Shown: positions 33,910 to 48,044 of the stretch, in pieces
Layout: every line of letters starts with the position of its first letter
Numbering within the stretch: the first letter of the stretch is position 1
Assembly: GCF_039654945.1 (NCBI RefSeq)
Contig: NW_027361842.1
Span: 7,936,001 to 8,000,000 of the forward strand
DNA from: Dendrobates tinctorius
Taxonomy: Eukaryota
DNA length: 64,000 bases
Direction: 5' to 3'
Made by a program: the position numbers and the translations under genes
The notes under the pieces: generated by a model
What the model saw: the letters and a program-made list of their open reading frames with translations, nothing else
What the model was told of the DNA's origin: nothing
Database searches by the model: none

Positions 33910-36900
33910 GTGTGTGTATGGATGGATGTGTCTGTACATGGCTGTGTCAGTGTCTGTACAGTGTGTGTGCATGGATGTGTCAGTGTCTGTACAGTGTGTG
34001 TGCATGGCTGTGTCAGTGTCTGTACAGTGTGTGTGCATGGCTGTGTCAGTGTCTGTACAGTGTGTGTGCATGGCTGTGTCAGTGTCTGTACAGTGTGTGT
34101 GCATGGCTGTGTCAGTGTCTGTACAGTGTGTGTGCATGGCTGTGTCAGTGTCTGTACAGTGTGTGTGCATGGCTGTGTCAGTGTCTGTACAGTGTGTGTG
34201 CATGGCTGTGTCAGTGTCTGTACAGTGTGTGTGCATGGCTGTGTCAGTGTCTGTACAGTGTGTGTGCATGGCTGTGTCAGTGTCTGTACAGTGTGTGTGC
34301 ATGGCTGTGTCAGTGTCTGTACAGTGTGTGTGCATGGCTGTGTCAGTGTCTGTACAGTGTGTGTGCATGGATGTGTCAGTGTCTGTACAGTACGTGTGTG
34401 CATGGATGTGTCAGTGTCTGTACAGTACGTGTGCTCATGGATGTGTCAGTGTCTGTACAGTGTGTGTGCGCTCATGGATGTGTCAGTGTCTGTACAGTGT
34501 GTGTGCGCTCATGGATGTGTTAGTGTCTGTACAGTGTGTGTGTGCGCTCATGGATGTGTTAGTGTCTGTACAGTGTGTGTGCATGGATGTGTCAGTGTCT
34601 GTACAGTATGTGTGCATGGATGTGTCAGTGTCTGTACAGTACATGTGCTCATGAATGTGTGTGTGCTCATGGATGTGTCTGTACAGTGTGTGTGCATGGA
34701 TGTGTCAGTGTCTGTACAGTGTCGGTGTGTGTGCATGGATGTGTCGGAGTCTGTTCAGTGTGTCTGTACAGTGTGTGTGCATGGATGTGTCAGTCTGTTC
34801 AGTGTGTCTGTACAGTGTGTGTGCATGGATGTGTCAGTCTGTTCAGTGTGTCTGTACAGTGTGTGTGCATGGATGTGTCAGACTGTTCAGTGTGTCTGTA
34901 CAGTGTGTGTGCATGGATGTGTCAGACTGTTCAGTGTGTCTGTACAGTGTGTGTGCATGGATGTGTCAGTGTCTATACAGTGTGTGTGCATGGATGTGTC
35001 AGTGTCTGTGTGTACATGGATGTGTCTGTACAGTGTGTGTACATGGATGTGTCAGTGTCTGTGTGTACATGGATGTGTCTGTACATGGCTGTGTCAGTGT
35101 CTGTACAGTGTGTGTTCATGGATGTGTCAGTGTCTGTACAGTGTCAGTGTGTGTGCATGGCTGTGTCAGTGTCTGTACAGTATGTGTGCATGGATGTGTC
35201 AGTGTCTGTACAGTATGTGTGCTCATGGATGTGTCAGTGTCTGTACTGTGTGTGCGCTCATGGATGTGTCAGTGTCTGTACAGTGTGTGTGCGCTCATGG
35301 ATGTGTTAGTGTCTGTACAGTGTCTGTGTGTGCATGGATGTGTCAGTGTCTGTACAGTATGTGTGCATGGATGTGTCAGTGTCTGTACAGTATGTGTGCA
35401 TGGATGTGTCAGTGTCTGTACAGTATGTGTGCATGGATGTGTCAGTGTCTGTACAGTACGTGTGCTCATGAATGTGTCCGTGTCTGTACAGTGTCTCTGT
35501 GTGCTCATGGATGTGTCTGTACAGTGTGTGTGCATGGATGTGTCAGTGTCTGTACAGTGTCAGTGTGTGTGCATGGATGTGTCAGTGTCTGTACAGTGTC
35601 AGTGTGTATGCATGGATGTGTCGGAGTCTGTTCAGTGTGTCTGTACAGTGTGTGTGTATGGATGTGTCAGTGTCTGTACAGTGTGTGTGCATGGATGTGT
35701 CAGACTGTTCAGTGTGTCTGTACAGTGTGTGTGCATGGATGTGTCAGTGTCTGTACAGTATGTGTGCATGGATGTGTCAGTGTCTGTACAGTACGTGTGC
35801 TCATGAATGTGTCTGTACAGTGTCTGTGTGTGCTCATGGATGTGTCTGTACAGTGTGTGTGCATGGATGTGTCAGTGTCTGTACAGTGTCAGTGTGTGTG
35901 CATGGATGTGTCAGTGTCTGTACAGTGTCAGTGTGTGTGCATGGATGTGTCAGAGTCTGTTCAGTGTGTCTGTACAGTGTGTGTGCATGGATGTGTCAGT
36001 CTGTTCAGTGTGTCTGTACAGTGTGTGTGCATGGATGTGTCAGACTGTTCAGTGTGTCTGTACAGTGTGTGTGCATGGATGTGTCAGTCTGTTCAGTGTG
36101 TCTGTACAGTGTGTGTGCATGGATGTGTCAGTGTCTGTACAGTGTGTGTGCATGGATGTGTCAGACTGTTCAGTGTGTCTGTACAGTATGTGTGCATGGA
36201 TGTGTCAGTGTCTGTACAGTGTCTGTGTGTATGGATGAATGTGTCAGTACAGTGTGTGTGTGCGTGCATGGATGTGTCAGTGTCTGTACAGAGTCTGTGT
36301 GTGTGCATGGATGTGTCAGAGTCTGTTCAGTGTCTGTACAGTGTGTGTGCATGGATGTGTCAGTGTCTGTACAGTGTGTCTGTACAGTATGTGTGCATGG
36401 ATGTGTCAGTGTCTGTACAGTGTGTGTGCTCATGGATGTGTCAGTGTCTGTACAGTGTGTGTGCTCATGGATGTGTCAGTGTCTGTACAGTGTGTGTGCT
36501 CATGGATGTGTCAGTGTCTGTACAGTGTGTGTGCTCATGGATGTGTTTGTGTCTGTACAGTGTCTGTGTGTATGGATGTGTCAGTGTCTGTACAGTGTGT
36601 GTGTATGGATGTGTCAGTGTCTGTACAGTGTGTGTGTATGGATGTGTCAGTGTCTGTACAGTGTGTGTGTATGGATGTGTCAGTGTCTGTACAGTGTGTG
36701 TGCATGGATGTGTCAGTGTCTGTACAGTGTCAGTGTGTGTGCATGGATGTGTCAGTCTGTTCAGTGTGTCTGTACAGTATGTGTGCATGGATGTGTCAGA
36801 GTCTGTTCAGTGTGTCTGTACAGTATGTGTGCATGGATGTGTCAGTGTCTGTACAGTGTGTGCTCATGGATGTGTTCGTGTCTGTGCATGGATGTGTCAG

Positions 36901-37970
36901 TGTCTGTACAGTGTGTGTGCATGGATGTGTCAGTGTCTGTTCAGTGTGTCTGTACAGTATGTGTGCATGGATGTGTCAGAGTCTGTTCAGTGTGTCTGTA
37001 CAGTGTGTGTGCATGGATGTGTCAGTGTCTGTACAGTGTGTGTGCATGGATGTGTCAGTGTCTGTACAGTGTGTGCTCATGGATGTGTTCGTGTCTGTGC
37101 ATGGATGTGTCAGTGTCTGTACAGTGTGTGTGCATGGATGTGTCAGTGTCTGTTCAGTGTGTCTGTACAGTATGTGTGCATGGATGTGTCAGAGTCTGTT
37201 CAGTGTGTCTGTACAGTGTGTGTGCATGGATGTGTCAGTGTCTATACAGTGTGTGTGCATGGATGTGTCAGTGTCTGTACAGTGTGTGTGTGTATGGATG
37301 TGTCAGTGTCTGTACAGAGTCTGTGTGTGTGTACAGTGTGTGTGTGCATGGATGTGTCAGTCTGTTCAGTGTCTGTACAGTGTGTGTGCATGGATGTGTC
37401 AGTGTCTGTACAGTATGTGTGCATGGATGTGTCAGTGTCTGTACAGTACGTGTGCTCATGAATGTGTCTGTACAGTGTCTGTGTGCTCATGGATGTGTCT
37501 GTACAGTGTGTGTGCATGGATGTGTCAGTGTCTGTACAGTGTGTGTGTCTGTACAGTGTGTGTGCGCGCATGGATGTGTCTGTACAGTGTTTGTGTGTGT
37601 GTGCATGGATGTCAGTGTCTACAATGTCTGTGTGTGTATGGATGTGTCAGTGTCTGTACAGTGTGTGTGCTCATGGATGTGTTAGTGTCTGTACAGTGTC
37701 TGTGTGCATGGATGTGTCAGTGTCTGTACAGTGTGTGTGTGCGCATGGATGTGTCATTGTCTGTACAGTGTTTGTGTGTGTGTGTGCATGGATGTGCCAG
37801 TGTCTGTGTGTGTCCAGTGGGTGCATGGATGTGTCAGTGTCTGTACAGTGTCTGTGTGTGTGTATATATGTATGTACAGTGTGTGTGCATGGATGTCAGT
37901 GTGTGTACAATGTGTGTGTATATGTATGTGTGTATGTACAGTGTGTGTGTATGTACAGTGTGTGTACAGG

Positions 37971-38004
<34 letters not shown>

Positions 38005-38206
38005 GTACAGTGTGTATGTAAAGTGTGTGTGTGGTTTGTATGTACAGTGTGTGTGTGGTGTGTGTATGTACAGTGTGTGTATATGTATGTACAGTGTGCG
38101 TGGTGTATAAGTATAGTGTGTGTGGATATGTATGTACAGTGTATGTGTGTATGTACAGTGTGTGTGCATATGTAGGTACAGCGTGTGTGTGTGTACAGTG
38201 TGCGTG

Positions 38207-38243
<37 letters not shown>

Positions 38244-38540
38244 ATGTACAGTGTGTATGTAAAGTGTGTGTGGTTTGTATGTACAGCGTGTGTATATGTA
38301 TGTACAGTGTGTGTGTTGTGTGTATATGTATAGTGTGTGGTGTATATGTATAGTGTGTGTGTGCATATGTATGTACAGTGTTTGTGGTGTGTGTGCATAT
38401 GTATGTACAGTGTGTGTATGTGTGGATGGATGTGTCTGTACAGTAAATGTCAGCTCATGGAAGTGTTCGTTTGTCGTATGCTTCTGTGTATATATATCTA
38501 TATATCCGTGCATATCTGTGTGTGTGCATGTGTGTACATA
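33910..38540. repeat. TG-rich minisatellite with 33-bp unit (ATGGMTGTGTCAGTGTCTGTACAGTGTGTGTGC) decaying into (TG/TA)n
   Basis: Perfect copies at about 33940-34370, then variants. Confidence 0.95.
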
Positions 38541-38544
38541 TATA

Positions 38545-40167
38545 CAGCGCTGGCAAAAATTAAGAGACCACAGCACAGTTTTCAGTTTGTCTGATTTTTC
38601 TCTTTATAGGTATAGTTTTTTAGTAAAATGTAAATTGCTCTTTAATTCTATAAACTACTGACATGTCTTCGAATTTCCAAGCACTAAATTTTGTAATTAT
38701 TTTCAGAAAATGAGAAATGGTAATAATAACAAAAAAAAAAAATCAGTGCTTGCAGACCTTAAATAATGCTAAGAAAACAAGTTCATAATCATTTAGAAAC
38801 AACAATACTAATGATTTAACTCAGGAAGAGTTCAGAAATCAATATTTTGTGGAATAACCATGATTTTTAATCACAGCTTTCATGCGTCTTGGCATGCTTT
38901 CCACCAGTCTGTCACACTGCTTCTGGGTGACCTTATGCCACTCTTGGTACTAAAATGTAAGCAGTTCTTTATTTGATGGCTTGTGACTATCCATCTTCCT
39001 CTTGATTACATTCCGGAGGTTTTCAATGGGGTTCAGGTCTGGAGATTGGGTTGGCCATGACAGGGATTTGATGTGGTGGTCCTTCATCCACACATTGATT
39101 GACCTAGCTGTGCGGCATGGCGCATTGTCCTGCTGGAAAAACCAGTCCTCAGAGTTGGGGAACATTACCTGAGCAGAAGGAATCAACTGTTTTTCCAGGA
39201 TAACCTTTTATGCGGCTTGATTCATACGTCCTTTGCCAAGATTAACCTGCCCAATTCCAGCTTTGCTGAAGCATCGCCAGATCATCACTGATCCTCCACC
39301 AAATTTCACAGTGGGTGCAAGACACTGTGGCTTGTACGCCTCTCCAGGTCTCCGTCTAACCATTAGACGACCAGGTGTTGGGCAAAGCTGAAAATTAGAC
39401 TCATCAGAGAATATTACCTTATTCCAGTCCTCTATGGTCCAATCCTTATGGTCTTTGGCAAACTTCAGCCTGGCTCTCCTTTGCTTCTCATTGATGAAAG
39501 GCTTTTTTCTAGCTTTACATGACTTGAGCCCTGCCTCTAGGAGACTGTTATGAACTGTTCTTGCCGTGCGCTTCACCACAGCTGCCATTTGCCATTCCTT
39601 CTGTAGGTCACTTGATGTCATCCTGTAGTTGCTGAATGACATTCGAATAAGATGCTGGTCATGCCGGTCAGTGGAGAGTCGTTTTCTCCCTCTGCCAGTC
39701 TGTAGCTTCGTTGTCCCCAGTGTCTGCTGCTTGACCTTGTTGTAATGGACTGCCGTCTTAGAAATTTTTAAGGATGGAGGCAACATGACGCTTACTGTAT
39801 CCCTCTGCTAGTAAAGCCAGAATTAAACCCTTTTTTTTTTCCCTCACTCAAGACTTTTTTCTTCAACTCCTTTGGCATTGTTAAAAGTTATTTTTTCTTT
39901 CCTATTACGTTTGGGATATTACTAGCACTTGTTTTGCCATCCAGCTTGTCGTATTGCAAGAGGATTGTGAACACCACAGCAGGGTTTCTTATACTTTCCT
40001 TCGTTAAATAAAATTTGGTTCAGGTGATGACCTAATCAGAAGCACATTAAGTGGAATGAACTGTACTCTAGTTAGAATTCAGCTGACACTGGAATGGAAT
40101 GGCTGTCAGACATATAGAGAAGCTGATTTTTTTAAAACTGTGCAATGGTCTCTTAATTTTTCCCAGA
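38545..40167 (-). mobile_element. Tc1-like element, degenerate
   Basis: TA+CAGCGCTGGCAAAAATTAAGAGACCA and the inverted end at about 40145-40167. Transposase pieces at 39786-39208 (FSDES) and 39186-38950 (QQDNAPC, SPDLNPIEN). Confidence 0.9.
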
Positions 40168-40607
40168 TAGCTCTGGCAAAAAATTAATATATGTATTTTT
40201 TCTTTATATAATATTTATTTATTTGTATTGCCGATGAATCACAGCTGTCACTGCCACAACTACAATGTCGTTGAGCCTTTGTCTGAACAGTTACATGACA
40301 GGTGACTGGCACCGCATGTCCTACCTAACCCCTGCATACCAAGGGTGATTTGTATAGGGCGGCTGGGACCGCGATGGGGTCTGGTCCGCTTTTGTGTTGG
40401 TGTGAAAGCTTCATCCTGTCAATTTTTAGAGGTTGTGTATTTCTATGTGCGCGTGTCTCTCTATCTATATCTATCTCTATCTATCTATTACACTGTATAG
40501 AGGTGTATATATAGTGTGCTCCTGGTTGCTATGTGCAGTGCATGTGTTGGACTGATTTCCTGCATGCTGCACTCTGGTTTGCTGTAGGGTGAAACACGCG
40601 TCATACC

Positions 40608-43600
40608 TGTGATCCTGCTGGAGGGATGCAGCGTGAGATGACTCCTCTGGTCCAGCACTGGTGGGTTCAGCTCCCTGTGATCCTGCTGGAGGGATGCAGC
40701 ATCTGCCGGCTCCTCTGGTCCAGCACTGGTGGATGTGGCTCCCTGTGATCTTGCTGGAGGGATACAGCTTGAGCCGGCTCCTCTGGTCCCAGCACTGGTG
40801 AGTGCAGCTCCCTGTGATTCTGCTGGAGGGTTGCATCATGAGCCAGCACCTCTGGTCCAGCACTGGTGGATGCGGCTCCCTGTGGTTCTGCTGGAGGGAT
40901 GCAGCGGGATGCGGCTCCTCTGGTCCAGCACTTGTGGATGCGGCTCCATGTGATTCTGCTGGAGGGATGCATCATGAATCGGCTCCTCTGGTCCAGCACT
41001 CGTGGATGCGTCTCCCTGTGATTCTGCTGGATGGATGCAGCGGGAGCCGGTTCCTCTGGTCCATCACTGGTGGATGCGGCTCCCTGAGATTCTGCTGGAG
41101 GGATGCATCATGAGCTGGCTCCTCTGGTCCAGCACTGGTGGATGCGGCTCCATGTGATTCTGCTGGAGGGATGCATCATGAACCGGCTCCTCTGGTCCAG
41201 CACTCGTGGATGCGACTCCCTGTGATTCTGCTGGAGGGATGCAGCGGGAGCCGGCTCCTCTGGTCCATCACTGGTGGATGCGGCTCCCTGTGATTCTGCT
41301 GGAGGGATGCATCATGAGCCGCCTCCTCTGGTCCAGCACTCGTGGATGCGACTCCCTGTGATTCTGCTGGAGGGATGCAGCGGGATTTGGCTCCTCTGGT
41401 CCAGCACTGATGGATTCGGCTCCCTGTGATTCTGCTGGAGGGATGCAGCGGGATTTGGCTCCTCTGGTCCATCACTGGTGGTGCGGCTCCCTGTGATTCT
41501 GCTGGAGGGATGCAGCGGGATCCGGCTTCTCTGGTCCAGCACTTGGGGATGCGGCTCCCTGTGATTCTGCTGAAGGAATGCAGCGGGAGCCGGCTCCTCT
41601 GGTCCAGCACTGGTGGATTCGGTCCCTGTGATCTTGCTGAATGGATGCCGTGGGAGCCAGCTCCTTTGGTCCAGCACTGGTGGATGCAGCTCCCTGTGAT
41701 TTCTGCTGGAGGGATGCAACGGGAGCCGGCTACTCTGGTCCATCACTGGTGGTGTGATTCTGCTGGAGGGATGCAGTGGGAGCCAACTCCTCTGGTCCAG
41801 CACTGGTGGATGCGGCTCCCTGTGATCCTGCTGGAGGGATGCAGCGGGAGCCGGCTCCTCTGGTCCAGCACTGGTGGATGCAGCTCCCTGTGATTCTGCT
41901 GGAGGGATGCAGCAGGATCTGGATCCTCTGGTCCAGCAGTGGTGGATGCAGCTCCCTGTGATTCTGCTAGAGGGATGCAGCGGGATCCGGCTCCTCTGTT
42001 CCAGCACTGGTGGATTCGGCTCCTTTGATCCTGCTGGAGGGATGCAGTGGGAGCCGGCTCCTCTGGTCCAGCACTGGTGGATGCAGCTCCCTGTGATCCT
42101 GCTGGAGGGATGCAGTGGTATCCGGCACATCTGGGCAGTGGGATCCGGCACCTCTGGTCCAGCACTGGTGGATGCAGCTCCCTGTGATCCTGCTGGAGGG
42201 ATGCAGTGGGATCCGGCACCTCTGGTGCAGCACTGGTGGATGCAGCTCCCTGTGATTCTGCTTGAGGAATGCAGTGGGATCCGGCACCTCTGGGCAGTGG
42301 GATCCGGCACCTCTGGTCCAGCACTGGTGGATGCAGCTCCCTGTGATTCTGCTGGAGGGATGCAGGTGGTCCGGCACCTCTGGGCAGTGAGATCCAGCAC
42401 CTCTGGTCCAGCACTGGTGGATGCAGCTTCCTGTGATCCTGCTGGAGGGATCCAGTGGGATTCGGCACCTCTGGTCCAGCACTGGTGGATGCAGCTCCCT
42501 GTGATCCTGCTGGAGGGATGCAGTGGGATCCGGCACCTCTGGTCCAGCACTGGTGGATGCAGCTCCCTGTGATTCTGCTGGAGTGATGCAGTGGGATCCG
42601 GCACCTCTGGTCCAGCACTGGTGGATGCAGCTCCCTGTGATCCTGCTGGAGGGATGCAGTGGGATCCGGCACCTCTGGTCCAGCACTGGTGGATGCAGCT
42701 CCCTGTGATCCTGCTGGAAGGATGCAGAGGGATCCGGCACCTCTGGTCCAGCACTGGTGGATGCAGCTCCTTGTGATCCTGCTGGAGGGATGCAGTTGGA
42801 TCCGGCACCTCTGGTCCAGCACTAGTGGATGCAGCTCCCTGTGGTTCTGCTGGAGGGATGCAGTGGGATCTGGCACCTCTGGTCCAGCACTGGTGGATGC
42901 AGCTCCCTGTGATTCTGCTGGAGGGATGCAGTGGGATCCGGCACCTCTGGGCAGTGGGATCCGGCACCTCTGGTCCAGCACTGGTGGATGCAGCTCCCTG
43001 TGGTTCTGCTGGAGGGATTCAGTGGGATCTGGCACCTCTGGTCCAGCACTGGTGGATGCAGCTCCCTGTGGTTCTGCTGGAGGGATGCAGTGGGATCTGG
43101 CACCTCTGGTCCAGCACTGGTGGATGCAGCTCCCTGTGATTCTGCTGGAGGGATGCAGTGGGATCCGGCACCTCTGGTCCAGCACTGGTGGATGCAGCTC
43201 CCTGTGATCCTGCTGGAGGGATGCAGTGGGATCCGGCACCTCTGGTCCAGCACTAGTGGATGCAGCTCCCTGTGATTCTGCTGGAGGGATGCAGTGGGAT
43301 CCGGCACCTCTGGGCAGTGGGATCCGGCACCTCTGGTCCAGCACTAGTGGATGCAGCTCCCTGTGATTCTGCTGGAGGGATGCAGTGGGATCTGGCACCT
43401 CTGGTCCAGCAGTGGTGGATGCAGCTCCTTGTGGTTCTGCTGGAGGGATGCAGTGGGATCTGGCACCTCTGGTCCAGCAGTGGTGGATGCAGCTCCCTGT
43501 GATTCTGCTGGAGGGATGCAGTGGGATCCGGCACCTCTGGTCCAGCACTGGTGGATGCAGCTCCCTGTGATTCTGCTGGAGGGATGCAGTGGGATCTGGC

Positions 43601-43700
43601 ACCTCTGGGCAGTGGGATCCGGCACCTCTGGTCCAGCACTGGTGGATGCAGCTCCCTGTGATTCTGCTGGAGGGGTGCATCATGAGCCAGCTCCTCACTG
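40608..43700. repeat. 68-bp minisatellite (CCCTGTGATTCTGCTGGAGGGATGCAGTGGGATCCGGCACCTCTGGTCCAGCACTGGTGGATGCAGCT)
   Basis: Roughly 40-45 tandem variant copies. Confidence 0.95.
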
Positions 43701-45297
43701 GTGGGTGCAGCTCCTTGTGAGTCCCAGATACAATGTTTCATGTTGATTTATTCCAGGGGTAAACGTTTACAGTTCTTGTCTGTTCTGTTCTGTAATGTCG
43801 ATACTGCTTCCTCTGTCTTCTTCCACCTCTGGTTTCTTGGATGATTTTTGGAGTGATATGTGCCCAGTCAGCTATTTGCCTTGCTGACAATCTATCCTAC
43901 ATAGGGCTTATTCCTGTTGCAGGTACATGGACTTTACAAGCTCCATTCAGGTGTATGGAAGACTCCTGCACCATATCTTCTACCCCGTTAATCAGTCATA
44001 CAGGGACACACTTCTCAGTCCTTAGTTGCAGTGACATGCAATAGTGTCCTTTCCTTAATAAAAAAAAGCATTTTCTTTTGATTTTGATATTGCAGTTTGC
44101 AAAAAAAAGTAGCATGGCAAGTTATCCCTTACACACAGGATACTTTCCGATCGCTGGGGGTGCAACCATTGCAGCCTCCCCACAAAATGGAATTTTGTTC
44201 CGTTTTGAACGGAAGGAGGTGAGCATTCTTAACCTCCACCTTATTTTCTTTGAGACTGCTGTAGAAAGTGCTTCTCCATTGTGCTGTCAATCCCATAGAC
44301 AAGGAGTGAAGGTACCTCTGACCATCCAAAAAGGCTTTACAAATCCCAGTTCTCAGGCTTCCTGATCCTTGTTTCTGAGATTGGTCAGTCTCTTAGCGAT
44401 CAGCAGGCTATCCCCATCTCAGATAGGGATCATCTGTTCTGGGATTAAAAAAAACCTTTAATAGGTTTGTCCGCCTTTTAAAAAAATTCACTTTTCTTTG
44501 TGTTTATAATATAATAAGAAAGAACTTACTATTTATTTTTTTTATTTCAAAGTCACCTTGATTTCCAGATATCTACGTGGTCCTGGACTCTGCAGCTTTG
44601 TGTTCGAGAGTAGAGTTTCCTGTGTCTGCACCTCATTAGAGTTGTGAACGAAGGGGGCTAACTAGGTTCTAAGTCAGACCTTTTCTCTAGTTTATAGTGT
44701 ATGTAGACTGGGAAGTGGGGGCAGCTATCTTTTGATGTAGTCAGCCAGCCCCTCCTCTGTGTTGGCTTGTACACATTCAGAGAATGGGGCTGGCTTGGCT
44801 TTTGATGAATAGCCAGCATCTCTGTCTTGACTGGTACACATTAAAGGGTTGGGGGTAGGGTTGCTGGCTTGACTTTTGATATTCAGTTAGCCCATCCCCT
44901 TCTATCTTGGATGATGTACTGATAGAAGGGGACTGACTTGGCTTTCAATGTGCAGTTAACCAACCCCTTTTCTGTCTTAGCTGATGCACAGACAAAGATG
45001 GCTGGCTTGAGTTTTGATGTGCAGGCAGCCCGTCAGACAAAGGGACTGGTTTGGCTTTTGATGTGCGGTCAGCCTTTCTCCTTCTCTGTATTGGCTGGTG
45101 TACAGATAGAGAAGGGGGCTGGCTTGGCATTTGATATTCGATGAGCCCATCCTCTTCTGTGTATTGGTTCATGTGTAGTCAGCCTATCCCTCTTCTCTAT
45201 ATTGGCTGATGTGCAGTTAACCTGTCTCCTCTGTATTGGCTGGTGTACAGATAGAGAAGGGGGCTGGCTTGACTTTTGAGGCACAATCAATCCTCTT

Positions 45298-45299
<2 letters not shown>

Positions 45300-45338
<39 letters not shown>
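45300..45338. repeat. (CA)n microsatellite
   Basis: Pure CA run. Confidence 0.95.
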
Positions 45339-45340
<2 letters not shown>

Positions 45341-45451
45341 TCTCCTATGTCGGGTAGAGAACTGTAAGTAGCATTGCTGAAAGTATTGCTGATATCTGAA
45401 GATTGGGACACTTCTACAACTGAAAGTCTGTTATAAGGTTCTTTATATTAA

Positions 45452-46723
45452 CCCCTTAGTGACGGGGCCAATTTTTTAAATTCTGACCCATGTCAATTTA
45501 TGTGGTTATAACTCTGGAACGCTTCAACAAATCCCATTGATTTTGAGATTGTTTTTTCGTGGCACATTATAATTTATGATAATGGTAAATTTAGGTCGAT
45601 AAGTTTTGTGTTTATTTATAAAACTTATCTGAAACTTTACAAAAATGTAAAAAAAATGCGATTTTCAAACTTTGAATGATTATCCCTTTAATAATCCAGA
45701 TAGTCATACCACACAAGAACATTAATATATAGCATTTCCCACATGTCTGCTTTACATTAGCACAATTTGTAAAACACTAATTTATTTTATTAGCCTTTTA
45801 GGAGGTTTAAAAATGTAGCAGTAATTTTTTCATTTTTTCAAGGAAATTTACAAAGTTTATTTTTTGAGGGACCTCTCTAGGTTTAAAGCGACTTTAGGGG
45901 TGCTATATATTGGAAAACCCCAAACGTGATGCCAGTTTAAAAACTGCACCCCCTGACATATTGAAAACTGCTGTCAGGTAGTTTATTAACCCTTCAGGTG
46001 ATTTTCAGGAATTAATGCAAAGTGGTATAGCAGGAATGAAAAAGTGTTTGTTTACCACCTAAATGTCGCTATCTTCGGAGCTGAGCCGTGATACACTCTC
46101 AGGCCACTATTTGCCCATGAACTGCTATGGCAAACATCAGGACCACACAATCATGATCTCGGTGTGTCAATTAGATTAAGGCTGTGTGCCCACGTTGCGT
46201 TTTTGTAAGTGTTTCCGCAGTGTTTGTGCCGGATCAGACGCTGCAGAAACGCTTACAGGATGCATACAATTAATTTTCATGCATTTTTGGCTTTTTGTGC
46301 CAATGCATGCGTTTTTAACCGCTCAGGAATCGCTTAGCGGCTAAAAACGCAGCATGCTCATTAATTTCCGCATAGCTGAGCGTTTTTAGCATTCCCCAAT
46401 GTTCCCAGAAAACGCGTGTCAAAAACCGCGTCAAAAATGCGTGGAAAAAGACGCGCGTTTTCTGGGAAAAAACGCTAGCGTGGGCACATAGCCTAAAGCA
46501 GAAGCCCCCACAATCTATTAACCATTTATTTGGTCTAGTCACTTTTGACAGCAGCAACTAAGGGGTTAAACAGATATGGACAGTGCCAACACTGATCGTT
46601 TGTGATACAACAAGTTGTCAGCTATAGGGTACAGTTATCAGCTGCTGGATTGTCACCTGTATAGGGATACTATTCTCTTATATCTCAGGTCAGTAAAAAG
46701 ACGTATTGGCCGTCATTAAGGGG
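45452..46723. mobile_element. Non-autonomous TTAA-targeting (piggyBac-like) element
   Basis: TTAA|CCCCTTAGTGACGG ... CCGTCATTAAGGGG|TTAA. Confidence 0.8.
46180..46493. mobile_element. Harbinger-type MITE nested in the TTAA element
   Basis: TAA|GGCTGTGTGCCCACG ... CGTGGGCACATAGCC|TAA. Confidence 0.85.
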
Positions 46724-48044
46724 TTAATCACATAGCAAATATTTTTGGGGAAAGTTTGTTTTCACATATACAAGTTTACTGACATTGTTGTAGAAACGAT
46801 CAGAAATCCGGGCAGAGTTGTATCATAAATTGTGATGTCGCAGGCTTCCTTCATATGATTGAATGATGTCTGTTACATAATGCCTCATATCACATAGTCG
46901 CGTCGTTTTGGGTCTTTTTTGTGTTGCTTCCATGTAAGTTTCTCTGTAGCAGGATTGTGTGACACCAGGGCAGATTCACCCTTCTTGATGTTCGGCCTTT
47001 CTTATAGCCAGGGAGCAGGACCTTCTGGTTTTTGCCAGTTCTTCTTTCTCCTTTTACTATGACTTGTAGAGCTTTCCGGGCTGGAGGTGTCCATCTTGCA
47101 GATGTTGTGACCCTGTTCAGTTCTTGGTAAGTGACAAGACTGTCAGACACGGCTCTGTTTCCTTCCTCCACATTTGCTCATGCATGTCATTTTTGTGTTG
47201 GCAGATGCTGTAGTCGTCTCATGTTGATGGGTGCCAACATTCCCCGGGATATATTTCTGTCGATACTCCATTGTTTCTCCCTGAAATTAGTGGTGTTGGA
47301 GCCGACAGGATCCCCCTCTGTCGGAATACCAAAGATGCTTGTCATCTGCTCAATGGAAGATGAGAATGTTTTTTTTTTTTCTTCTTTCTCAACTGCATTT
47401 ATTTAGGGCTATAAATCATTTTATCAATTGGGTTTCATTACAAATTATGCACAGTTTGCCTTCAATAGCTTCTTTGTTGCACTGTCTTCACAAAGAGTCA
47501 ACTGAGAATCTATCAGTGAGCCAGCTGTGATAGTCTGAGGAGTTTGCATCTCTTATCTATCTTTTGCTGAGCTCTGCTGTTTTCTGACAGCAGGGAAACA
47601 AAGTACCTGTAAATGTAAAATGGTGCTAAATTGACTGACTCAATTAGTCACTTGGTCAATTAGTTGCGGCCTCACTCAATACAAGTCTATGGAGCAAGGC
47701 CGTGCCCACCTGTCAGGCTCTGGCCAAGGGCTTGCATTAGGCCTCTTTCACACATTGGTGTTTTCCATCGAGTGCTGTATGGGGCCTGCACACATGCCCG
47801 TGTTGTCAGACACACCGTGTCTGTGTGACCCACTCATACTGTAGACATGTCTGTTTTTCCCAGCTGCACAGATTACATAATTAGGACATCCCTGTGCCAT
47901 ATGTGTGACACGTACCGGAATAGATGCAGACTAGAAATGACATTATTTGTGTTATAGATGTGCAAAGATAGAGAAAGATATGAGAGAAACAGAGAGCTGG
48001 ATAAATAGAGGGATAGAGAGGTAGATGGATATCCGTGAGATGTA

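Noticed and set aside
33654-38661. Very long Cys/Val-rich or His/Thr-rich ORFs (up to 1186 aa)
   Set aside because: Translations of a stop-poor TG-rich 33-bp minisatellite; open in several frames.
40477-43746. Long repetitive ORFs (551 and 651 aa) and CRISPR-like periodicity
   Set aside because: 68-bp tandem units with no unique spacers, no cas genes, and a eukaryotic context.
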